NCBI GenBank assembly: GCA_964543765.1
Contig: CAZIZI010000002.1
Location: forward strand, 78,017 to 142,016
From: an uncultured Thermodesulfobacteriota bacterium
GTDB taxonomy: Bacteria > Desulfobacterota > B13-G15
Length of the DNA: 64,000 nt
Direction of reading: 5' to 3'
The notes below the pieces were generated by a model, which searched no databases, had not been told where the DNA came from, and saw only the letters and a list, made by a program, of their open reading frames with translations. Shown here in pieces: positions 33,058-41,427 of the stretch (positions within the stretch are counted from its first letter, which is position 1; the number at the start of each line of letters is the position of its first letter). Position numbers and translations under genes: made by a program.

Positions 33058-34424
33058 AGCTTAAATTAAAAGTTTTGATATTAATTATAACTTTGGGGTT
33101 GTACTGGATATTTCTGAATCTTTCTTCAGTGGGAGCTTCTTCAACAGATTCTATTTCTATTTTAGAGCGTTTGATGAAAGGCGAAAAAGAGTATAGCGGG
33201 ACTCGAATAAGTTTGGATTTAAAGGATGCGGATTTGCCCAATGTATTGAGGTTATTTGCCGATGTAGCAAAAGTTAACATTTTAGTCACAGAGGAGGTTA
33301 AAGGGAAAGTGACACTACGTCTTTTAAATGTTCCCTGGGATCAGGCGCTTGATATCATTTTGGTTACTAATAATTTGGGTATGGAATGGGTAGGTAATGT
33401 CATTCGTATTTCTACTTTAGAGAGACTTCAGAAGGAAAAAGAGGCAAGGGCACAAACTAAAGTAGCGGAAGAAGCTATAAAGCCCGTAAGCACGGAATTA
33501 ATACCCGTAAGTTATAGTAAGGCTTCTGATCTTGTTCCTAAGGTAAAGGATCTTTTGGGTCCTAGAGGCAGTGTAGTTGTTGATGAAAGGACTAATACTC
33601 TAATCGTTAAGGATGTGGAGGAAAGGATCCTTAGGGTTAAGGAACTTATAAATCGCCTTGATTCTCAAACTCCTCAAGTATTGATCGATGCCAAAATCGT
33701 TGAGGCTACGACGGAATTTAAAAGGGAGTTGGGCATAAGTTGGGGTGGTGCTTATAACACAAGTTATGAGGGGGATAAGGTATCGATTTCCGGAGCTTCT
33801 GAGGGTACGATGAAGCAATCGGGTACTTCCGACTATCTTTTAAATCTTCCTGCAACTGTGGGCATTGGATCGGGAGGAGCGGTGGATTTCTATATTGGGA
33901 ACATAGGCCGCTTTTTCGAGGCAAAGCTTTCGGCTATGGAGCAGAAGGGACTTGGAGAAGTCATTTCTAGCCCTAGGGTTGTGACATTGGATCACACAGA
34001 AGCCTATATTGAACAAGGTATAAGAATCCCATATTTAAAGCTTACCACAGAGGGTACGGTTTCAACGGAATTTATAGATGCCACCTTGAAACTAACCGTT
34101 ACCCCTCATGTTACTGCCAACGGGCACATTAAGCTTGACATAGAATGTTCGAAGGAAACACCAGATTGGTCACGCATAGTTCAAGGACAACCAACCGTTA
34201 AAAAGAGCAGGGCTAAAACTCAATTGATGGTAAGGGATGGAGAGGTAATCGTCTTAGGTGGGATCTATGAATACTCTAAAACTGGTAGCACCCAAGGGGT
34301 TCCTGGGTTAAAGGATTTACCGCTTGTTGGTTGGTTGTTTAAAAACAAAACCAAAGCGGAAGATAGAAAGGAATTATTGATATTCATAACTCCCCGGATT
34401 CTTACACCTATGGCTAAGAACTAA
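33054..34424 (+). CDS. pilQ: Type IV pilus secretin PilQ (short form)
   Basis: ISLDLKDAD, VPWDQALD, DERTNTLIV, QVLIDAKIVEA, VP.L.DLPLVGWLF, ELLIFITPRI. Confidence 0.92.
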   Translation: MKLKLKVLILIITLGLYWIFLNLSSVGASSTDSISILERLMKGEKEYSGTRISLDLKDADLPNVLRLFADVAKVNILVTEEVKGKVTLRLLNVPWDQALDIILVTNNLGMEWVGNVIRISTLERLQKEKEARAQTKVAEEAIKPVSTELIPVSYSKASDLVPKVKDLLGPRGSVVVDERTNTLIVKDVEERILRVKELINRLDSQTPQVLIDAKIVEATTEFKRELGISWGGAYNTSYEGDKVSISGASEGTMKQSGTSDYLLNLPATVGIGSGGAVDFYIGNIGRFFEAKLSAMEQKGLGEVISSPRVVTLDHTEAYIEQGIRIPYLKLTTEGTVSTEFIDATLKLTVTPHVTANGHIKLDIECSKETPDWSRIVQGQPTVKKSRAKTQLMVRDGEVIVLGGIYEYSKTGSTQGVPGLKDLPLVGWLFKNKTKAEDRKELLIFITPRILTPMAKN

Positions 34425-34429
34425 CTTAT

Positions 34430-35569
34430 ATGTCATTTCTGCTCAAAAAGAGGCTTCTTGGTATTTTACTTACATTAATTTCATTAGTGGCAAACGTCCT
34501 TGGATCCCCAGGTTTTGTGCGTGATTTAAAAGGGTGGCAAGAGGGGTGTTGTGTAAAACTCCTCATTTTTATGGATAAGGAGGTTTCCTATAAGGTGGGT
34601 TTTTTAAAAGAAGATCCTTTAAAGAATCTTCCTCCAAGGTTTTATATAGACTTTACGCCGGCGAGGATTTCTAACGAAGTTACTCAATTTTTGGAATCAG
34701 GTTTAAAAGGTTATAGAATAAGGACAGGTCAATTCGACCCTAACACCGTTAGGGTAGTAGTTGAAGGTATAAACCTCCGTGATTATAAAGTTTTTAAATT
34801 GGATTCTCCTTTCCGTTTCCAGATAGAACTATATGGAGAAAAAAGCGTTACCTCTCAAGGGGGTCAACCGTTAACCCTAGTCATAGATCCTGGACATGGA
34901 GGAAAAGACCCGGGAGCAATTGGTGCTACCGGTTTAAGAGAAAAAGATGTGGTTCTTAAAGTGGCAAAGATTTTACGAGAAAAGGCTGAAAACCGTTTAG
35001 GATGGAGAGTAATATTGACCCGTGAAAATGACGAATTCCTTCCACTGGAAAAACGCACCGAAATCGCTAATAAAGTAGGCGGGGATCTTTTCGTCTCGAT
35101 TCACTGTAACGCTTCTTATAATAGGTTTCAGAAAGGCGTTGAGACCTATTTTTTAAGCTTCACCACCGACCGTGAAGCCTTAAGACTTGCTGCCCGAGAG
35201 AACGGAGTACCTCCTTCAAAAATAGATGCACTTCAATTGATTTTATATGACTTGATGTTGAGGGCAAAGGTCGACGAATCGGAAAAACTTGCTTCATTGG
35301 TTCAAACCTCATTGATAGTCCTACTTAACAATCCTCACTGTCAGACTTACGATCTTGGGGTTAAACGCGCTCCCTTTATAGTCCTTGTGGGGGCCAAAAT
35401 GCCCTCGATACTTGTAGAAATTGGTTTCATTAGTAATCCGGACGAAGAACGAAAGTTTAAAGATGATTCATATTTGGAGAAAATAGCCGAAGGAGTGCTT
35501 CAAGGGCTAGAAAATTATGCTAAAAGTTATCTTACTCCTAAATTATTTACAGGGGGTTACTCTAATTGA
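34430..35569 (+). CDS. N-acetylmuramoyl-L-alanine amidase (AmiC-like)
   Basis: IDPGHGGKDPGA, EKDVVL, SIHCNA, ILVEIGFISN. Confidence 0.92.
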   Translation: MSFLLKKRLLGILLTLISLVANVLGSPGFVRDLKGWQEGCCVKLLIFMDKEVSYKVGFLKEDPLKNLPPRFYIDFTPARISNEVTQFLESGLKGYRIRTGQFDPNTVRVVVEGINLRDYKVFKLDSPFRFQIELYGEKSVTSQGGQPLTLVIDPGHGGKDPGAIGATGLREKDVVLKVAKILREKAENRLGWRVILTRENDEFLPLEKRTEIANKVGGDLFVSIHCNASYNRFQKGVETYFLSFTTDREALRLAARENGVPPSKIDALQLILYDLMLRAKVDESEKLASLVQTSLIVLLNNPHCQTYDLGVKRAPFIVLVGAKMPSILVEIGFISNPDEERKFKDDSYLEKIAEGVLQGLENYAKSYLTPKLFTGGYSN

Positions 35570-36795
35570 AACCTAAATTATTTTACGGATGGATAATTGT
35601 AGCTGTAGCTTTTATTTCTATGGCTTTTTGGATGGGCATTAGGGCGAGTTTTTCAGTTTTTTACAGTCATTTGGTAGAAGTTTTTTCGTGGGGAAGAGGA
35701 GAAGCAGCAGTAGCTCAATCAATAAGTTTTGTGATGTATATGGTTTTTGTTCCTATTATCGGTACGCTCATTGATCGTTTTGATCCTCGAAAGGTTGTAG
35801 TTTTAGGAGTTATTATTTGCGGGATTGGTTTGGTCTTATGTGCTTTTATCAAAAATTTATGGACCCTGTATATCTATTATGGGATAATTGCCGGCACAGG
35901 CATTTGTTTCATAAGTATAGTTACTTATTCCGCCATCTTGTCCCGCTGGTTTGAAAGGAAAAGAGGACTTGCTTCAGGGATTGCTGCCTCAGGGATGGGG
36001 GTTGGCACATTTCTGTTAGTACTTTTTTCAGAGAGGATGATTCAAATTTTTGGGTGGCGTGAGGCTTTTATAATTTTAGGAATTGTCACGTTGGGAATAC
36101 TTTTGCCCACAAATGGCCTTTTGTTACGTTCTAAACCTCAAGAGATGGGCCTTAAGGAAGATGGATTATCCTGCTCTTTGTCACTTGATGATATAAGGAG
36201 TAATAATTACCGTTTTTGGGATGCTTTAAGAACGCGTAAATTCTGGTTTCTGGTGTGCTTTGCCTCTTTTGCTCTTATGGGTATTCAGATCATACTTGTT
36301 CATAACGTCCGATTTTTAGTAGATAAAGGTATAGATGTCAAAATTGCTTCATTAGCTTTTGCGGTAGTGGGGATAATTTCTTCTGTCTTTAGGATCATTT
36401 GGGGATGGCTTTCGGATAGAATAGGAAGGGAGTGGTCATATAGCATTGGGGCCATATGTTTGGCACTTAGCGCTTTATGGCTTATTTTTGTATATCCTGA
36501 GAATGATCTTCCTTTATACCTTTTTGTTTTGTTTTTTGGGATAGGATGGGGAGCCACTGCTCCTTCTTTTATGGCGGTGGCAGCTGATTTGTTTAAAGGT
36601 GAACAATTCGGGGCTATTTACGGTTTTTTTGAGTCCGCTATGTATTTGTTATCGATAATTGGGGTGGGGATAGCGGGTTATATTTTCGACAAGTTTGGTA
36701 CTTATAGGCCTTCTTTCTTATTGGTGATCGGTTCTTCTTTGATTTCCATAGTGTTTTTGTGGATTGTTGCACCGAGGAAAATCAAAAAGGCTTAA
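35566..36795 (+). CDS. MFS transporter
   Basis: About 12 hydrophobic segments, FYGWIIV, WFERKRGLASGIA, GWLSDRIGR. Confidence 0.88.
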   Translation: MKPKLFYGWIIVAVAFISMAFWMGIRASFSVFYSHLVEVFSWGRGEAAVAQSISFVMYMVFVPIIGTLIDRFDPRKVVVLGVIICGIGLVLCAFIKNLWTLYIYYGIIAGTGICFISIVTYSAILSRWFERKRGLASGIAASGMGVGTFLLVLFSERMIQIFGWREAFIILGIVTLGILLPTNGLLLRSKPQEMGLKEDGLSCSLSLDDIRSNNYRFWDALRTRKFWFLVCFASFALMGIQIILVHNVRFLVDKGIDVKIASLAFAVVGIISSVFRIIWGWLSDRIGREWSYSIGAICLALSALWLIFVYPENDLPLYLFVLFFGIGWGATAPSFMAVAADLFKGEQFGAIYGFFESAMYLLSIIGVGIAGYIFDKFGTYRPSFLLVIGSSLISIVFLWIVAPRKIKKA

Positions 36796-38861
36796 TTATT
36801 CGAAATTATCTTTTTTATAGTTTCTAATAATTTTGAACGATCGAAAGGTTTAATCAATAAGAAATCAAACGGAACATTTTCGGTTAACTTCGGATATCCA
36901 GTAATACAAATAATCTTGACTGTAGGAGATAATTTTTTAAAAGATGATATTAAAGTTTTCCCATCAATATTAGGCATTACGAGATCTACTATTACGGTTT
37001 TTAAACTTCTTCTTAGAGTTTTAAATAATTCTAACCCTTCTTGTGGATTTGTAGTTCCGATGACATTGATTCCTTCTTTTTCGAGTACCTCTTTTATAAA
37101 GGAGATTATTCTTTCTTCGTCATCTATAACTAAAATTGTATGCGTTCCCATAGGAACTGAAGTTGTATTTTTTTCTTGTTGTTGTAAAAGTGGCAAATAG
37201 ATATGAAAAGTGGTTCCTTGAGAGACATAACTTTCCACCTCGATATTTCCTTTATGCTCTTTCACTATTCCATAAACTACTGCCAGCCCCAGTCCTGTAC
37301 CTTTACCTTTTTTCTTTGTGGTGAAAAACGGATCAAATATATAAGGTAGATGTTCAGGAGGTATTCCTACGCCTGTGTCAGAAATGGATAACTTTGCCTT
37401 TTTTTCTCCTCCCTTTTCTACAATAGTAGTAGATATCTTTAGGACCCCACCTTGAGGCATAGCATCAAATGCATTAAGTACGATGTTTACTATAGACTGT
37501 TCAAGCATTATTGGATCAGCTTTTAGCATTAAAGGTTTTTCATATAAATTCATACTGATTTTAATGTTTGGTGGTTTAAGGTTACTTATTAATTTCATAC
37601 TTTCGCTTACCACCATATTTAAATCTATTGTTACCATGTCTAACGGTTTTTTCCGGGCAAAATCTAATAATTTAGATACAATTTGGGAAGCCGAACGTGC
37701 TGCCTCTTCTATATCGTTAAGCTTTTGCAAAAACGATTCTGTTAATGATTCCTGCATCCTTAATAACTCTACGTTTCCTAAAATTGCAGAAAGTATGTTG
37801 TTGAAATCATGGGCTATTCCTCCTGCCATTATACCTATTGATTCCATTTTTTGTGAATATATAAGTTCAGCTTGCATTTTCTTCCTTTCGGATATATCTC
37901 GGCAAAATAGTTGTATATATTTTTGATCATTTATCTCGATTAAAGATGAGCTTATTTCTAATGGTATTCTATTACCCTCTTTTGTGTAATGTTCTGTTTC
38001 GTATAATAAAGTATGCTTCTCCATAAGCTCTTTTATTTTTCTCTCCCACGGCATTGACTTGTTCGGTACTTCGAGCATTTGTATATTTAAACCTTCTAAT
38101 ACCTCAAATCCATGAAGCCTTGAGGCATAGGAATTGGCTTTAATAATAGTTCCTTTGAGATTTGCAATTATTATGCCTTCGTTTGCATTTTCAAAGAGTG
38201 TATTTAATAAAGTTTCGCTCATATGTAGTTCTTTGTTTCTTTCTTCAACTAATTGTTCCAATTTATAAGAATATTCGGAGAGTAGCTCTTTCTCTTTCGC
38301 AAGTTCTTGAGTTAATGTTATTTCCTTTTGTAAACGCTTGTTATCAAGATATCTCCAAATTAACAATGTTAAATTGATAATGATTAAGAAAAAGAAATTG
38401 ACGATAAAAATAATTTTGTTAGTGAAGAAGAATAAAGCAGGGATAATATAAATAGTACATATAGCAAGAGCAGTAAAAAATGCCCAAATTATCGGTAAAG
38501 GGATCATTCCCAAGGAAAAAATGGAAAGCAAGATCAAACCGGCATAGTAAGGAGAATGGGGGCCTTCATGATTTAATATCATTAATTCTATAACAACAGC
38601 GCATAACGATGTTGTAACCAAAATAAAAATATTTAGTGGCAGTTTTTTGTTACGTAATGTGCTTAATACAAAATAACATAATATTAAAAAGGCAGAAATC
38701 AACGTTCTTAACAAAAGAAAAAGATAAAAGCGAGCGGGTACAGTAAGATAATCTAACAAAGAAAGGAGTAAAAACAGAAAAGCTCCGAAAAGAAGGAGAA
38801 ACTCTACACGCCTATAAGTAATCTTATAAAACTCTTCCTGAACGTATTTTTCTTCTGTCAA
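36792..38861 (-). CDS. Hybrid sensor histidine kinase (multi-TM input, PAS, HisKA, HATPase, REC)
   Basis: 5-6 TM with SPYYAGLIL; AGGIAHDFNN, NAFDAM, DTGVGI, FDPFFTTK, GTGLGL; REC IDDE..DLVMP..KP. Confidence 0.9.
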   Translation of the reverse strand: MTEEKYVQEEFYKITYRRVEFLLLFGAFLFLLLSLLDYLTVPARFYLFLLLRTLISAFLILCYFVLSTLRNKKLPLNIFILVTTSLCAVVIELMILNHEGPHSPYYAGLILLSIFSLGMIPLPIIWAFFTALAICTIYIIPALFFFTNKIIFIVNFFFLIIINLTLLIWRYLDNKRLQKEITLTQELAKEKELLSEYSYKLEQLVEERNKELHMSETLLNTLFENANEGIIIANLKGTIIKANSYASRLHGFEVLEGLNIQMLEVPNKSMPWERKIKELMEKHTLLYETEHYTKEGNRIPLEISSSLIEINDQKYIQLFCRDISERKKMQAELIYSQKMESIGIMAGGIAHDFNNILSAILGNVELLRMQESLTESFLQKLNDIEEAARSASQIVSKLLDFARKKPLDMVTIDLNMVVSESMKLISNLKPPNIKISMNLYEKPLMLKADPIMLEQSIVNIVLNAFDAMPQGGVLKISTTIVEKGGEKKAKLSISDTGVGIPPEHLPYIFDPFFTTKKKGKGTGLGLAVVYGIVKEHKGNIEVESYVSQGTTFHIYLPLLQQQEKNTTSVPMGTHTILVIDDEERIISFIKEVLEKEGINVIGTTNPQEGLELFKTLRRSLKTVIVDLVMPNIDGKTLISSFKKLSPTVKIICITGYPKLTENVPFDFLLIKPFDRSKLLETIKKIISNN

Positions 38862-40264
38862 TTCTTCTCAATCATGTAAAAAGTAATAACTCCCGATGGT
38901 TCTCTTATCAAAGTTATTTGTGATTTAGAAATTCCAGCTTTATCTAATAACATAAAAATATCATAAGGAGTCCTTTGTAAAAATGCATTCCAGTTAACAA
39001 TCCAATGGTACACACTGGGATCATAAGCGTTTGTATCTTTAAAAGCAATAATTAACTTACCTTGTTTATTGAGTATTTCATACAATGATTCGAATAAACC
39101 TATAACAATTTCATCTGAAAGATAATCGAACAGGCCGATGCTATAAATCAGATCGTATTTTCCGAATTCTTTTAAAATTCTTTCTGTTTTTACCATTCTG
39201 ATAGCGTTATATTTCCTAAATGAGACTTGGTTATCGATACCAAGTAAATAAGCCCTTCTTGCTGCAAAATCTAAAGCTTCATCATCAAGGTCGACACACG
39301 TAATATGCGCTTTCGATTCTTTTAATTCTTTTGAAAGGTCTATAAATTCTCGACAAGATCCGCAAGCGATGTTCAAAATCTTTAACCCAGAACGCGCGGA
39401 AAGTTCATTTTGAAGCAATTTAACCATTGTATTTAACCTACCTCTCACTGCTTCTGCTAACTTAGCACGCAAGAAGATTTTGTCAAGAATCTCTCCTATC
39501 CCAGATGAAAGGGGCATGTTTCTATAAATTAGCTCCAAAAGCTTATAATCACCTGGATAACCCTTGGGCCATTTTCTTGCGTAACTTATGAAATAGCTTC
39601 TGGAAAAAACCAAATCCGTTTTTTCAAATATGTCCCTTTTAAATTTTGAAAGGAAATCGTTATCACATATTCCCAACTCTTCTATCTCACGGCACAAATT
39701 AGCGATAGTATAGATATCGTTTTCTAAATCTAACATTATCATTTCCTTTGGCAACGTTTGATTTTTATGTGTATCAACAAAATCGCATTTTTTAACAAAT
39801 TTATCTATATATGAATATATGGTCTCCAATTTTGTTTTTAATAACCTTTTTTCAAATTCTTCAAGGAAAAGCGGAGAATAAAAATCAAGGGGAAAACCAC
39901 AAGAAGAGCAAATAGTATCTTTGCTAGTTTGCAGCATTCCACAGAATGGACAGTTATTATGAGGTAGATGCTCTTTTATAGTATCAAAAATAGTCTGTTT
40001 TACTTTTAAATCTGGAGATTTAAAGCGTACAGCTACTCCTTCATCTTCACTCCTTAAAACAATTCCTTTTGTTTCGATTTTTTCGTTTTGAAGCTTAAAA
40101 ATTAATTTTGTCCAAAATCCCTTTGATAAGTATTTTTTTAAGGAAAGAAAAGCTCCGTGTAAACCCAAGTTTTTGGTGTATGTATCACAATGGGACATTT
40201 CCTCATTAGTGTAAATCACCCTTACTGGCACGTTAAGATTACACCTAAGGTCATAACGTCTCAT
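38858..40264 (-). CDS. PilZ / zinc-ribbon / class I SAM methyltransferase (PhcB-like) protein
   Basis: RYDLR and NLGLHG (PilZ), CPFC..CSSC, PKGYPGDY, LNIACGSCRE, VDLD, YSIGLFDYL. Confidence 0.72.
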   Translation of the reverse strand: MRRYDLRCNLNVPVRVIYTNEEMSHCDTYTKNLGLHGAFLSLKKYLSKGFWTKLIFKLQNEKIETKGIVLRSEDEGVAVRFKSPDLKVKQTIFDTIKEHLPHNNCPFCGMLQTSKDTICSSCGFPLDFYSPLFLEEFEKRLLKTKLETIYSYIDKFVKKCDFVDTHKNQTLPKEMIMLDLENDIYTIANLCREIEELGICDNDFLSKFKRDIFEKTDLVFSRSYFISYARKWPKGYPGDYKLLELIYRNMPLSSGIGEILDKIFLRAKLAEAVRGRLNTMVKLLQNELSARSGLKILNIACGSCREFIDLSKELKESKAHITCVDLDDEALDFAARRAYLLGIDNQVSFRKYNAIRMVKTERILKEFGKYDLIYSIGLFDYLSDEIVIGLFESLYEILNKQGKLIIAFKDTNAYDPSVYHWIVNWNAFLQRTPYDIFMLLDKAGISKSQITLIREPSGVITFYMIEKN

Positions 40265-40303
40265 ATTAATCCTCCTTAGGTGAAATACTTCTACAGATTT
40301 TTT

Positions 40304-40319
40304 AGCAATTATTGTGCCT
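40304..40319 (-). promoter_or_regulatory. sigma54 (-24/-12) promoter
   Basis: Minus strand AGGCACAATAATTGCT: GG-N10-GC, close to TGGCAC-N5-TTGCW, about 40 nt upstream of ATG 40264. Confidence 0.68.
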
Positions 40320-40335
40320 GATATTTAATAGGTAT

Positions 40336-41427
40336 TTAAGTGGTCAAGAAAGTATATGTGCGATTAAATTCTTCCCACACTTGGGAAAATTTTTCCTCTA
40401 TTGAGAGAAAATTTTCCACAATGATGGGGTCAAGGGCATGTCCTTCTTCCATTTTTATGAGTTCCACACTTTCTTCATGGCCGAAAGGGGGTTTATAGGG
40501 TCGATTCGCCCTTAGAGCATCATACATATCCACCAAGGCCATTATTCGGGCAGATAGAGGTATTTCTTCCCCGATTAGACCATCGGGATACCCTTTTCCA
40601 TCCCATCTCTCATGATGCCATCTGGCGATCTCGATGCCCATATTTATGAAATTGTTCTTAGGGTATTTCTTCCGAACTTCTTCCAGTGCTCGGGCGCCGA
40701 TAAGCGTATGCTGTTTCATTATCTCTTTTTCAGCTGGAGTAAGGGACCTGGGTTTTAGGAGAATATCATCAGGAATTCCTATTTTTCCTATGTCATGTAA
40801 AGCAGAAGCCCAATATATAGTGTTTATAAATTCATCATCAATTAGCGATTTATAGTAACTGTTATTTTTTAAAGAAGAGGCTAATAATTTGCAAAAAGTT
40901 TGCACTCTTTCAATATGTTGCCCAGTTTCTACATTACGATATTCTACAAGTTTAGATATAGCGACAATTGTTGAAAGTTGTGATTCAAAAATTTCTTTTG
41001 CTTTTTCTTCTACAAGTTTTAATAATTCAAAATTGTACTTTTTGAGTTGTAAGTTAGCCTCCTTAAGTGCGAGATGTGTTTTTATTCTTGCTAAAACTTC
41101 TTGTATGTGATATGGTTTTGTTATATAATCAGAAGCTCCTACAGAAAATGCTTTAATTTTGTTATTCACATCTTCAATAGCCGTTATAAACAATATTGGC
41201 GTTTCAGATAAATTTGGGTTTTGCTTTAAAATTCTGCACAATTCAATACCATTAAGTTCTGGCATTAAAATGTCCAAAATTATCATATCTGGTGGATCAT
41301 TTAAAGCTGATTTTAAAGCTTTTAATGGCGAATCGAAAGCACGAACGTCATATCCTGCTGTTTGAAGCATTTCCGTTAGTAATTTAAGATTAATCACATC
41401 ATCATCGACTATCATTATGGTCTTCAT
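40336..41427 (-). CDS. Response regulator with HD-GYP phosphodiesterase domain (RpfG-like)
   Basis: REC VDDD..DILMP..KP; ETGQHIER, LHDIGK, HHERWDGKGYP, DMYDAL. Confidence 0.92.
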   Translation of the reverse strand: MKTIMIVDDDVINLKLLTEMLQTAGYDVRAFDSPLKALKSALNDPPDMIILDILMPELNGIELCRILKQNPNLSETPILFITAIEDVNNKIKAFSVGASDYITKPYHIQEVLARIKTHLALKEANLQLKKYNFELLKLVEEKAKEIFESQLSTIVAISKLVEYRNVETGQHIERVQTFCKLLASSLKNNSYYKSLIDDEFINTIYWASALHDIGKIGIPDDILLKPRSLTPAEKEIMKQHTLIGARALEEVRKKYPKNNFINMGIEIARWHHERWDGKGYPDGLIGEEIPLSARIMALVDMYDALRANRPYKPPFGHEESVELIKMEEGHALDPIIVENFLSIEEKFSQVWEEFNRTYTFLTT

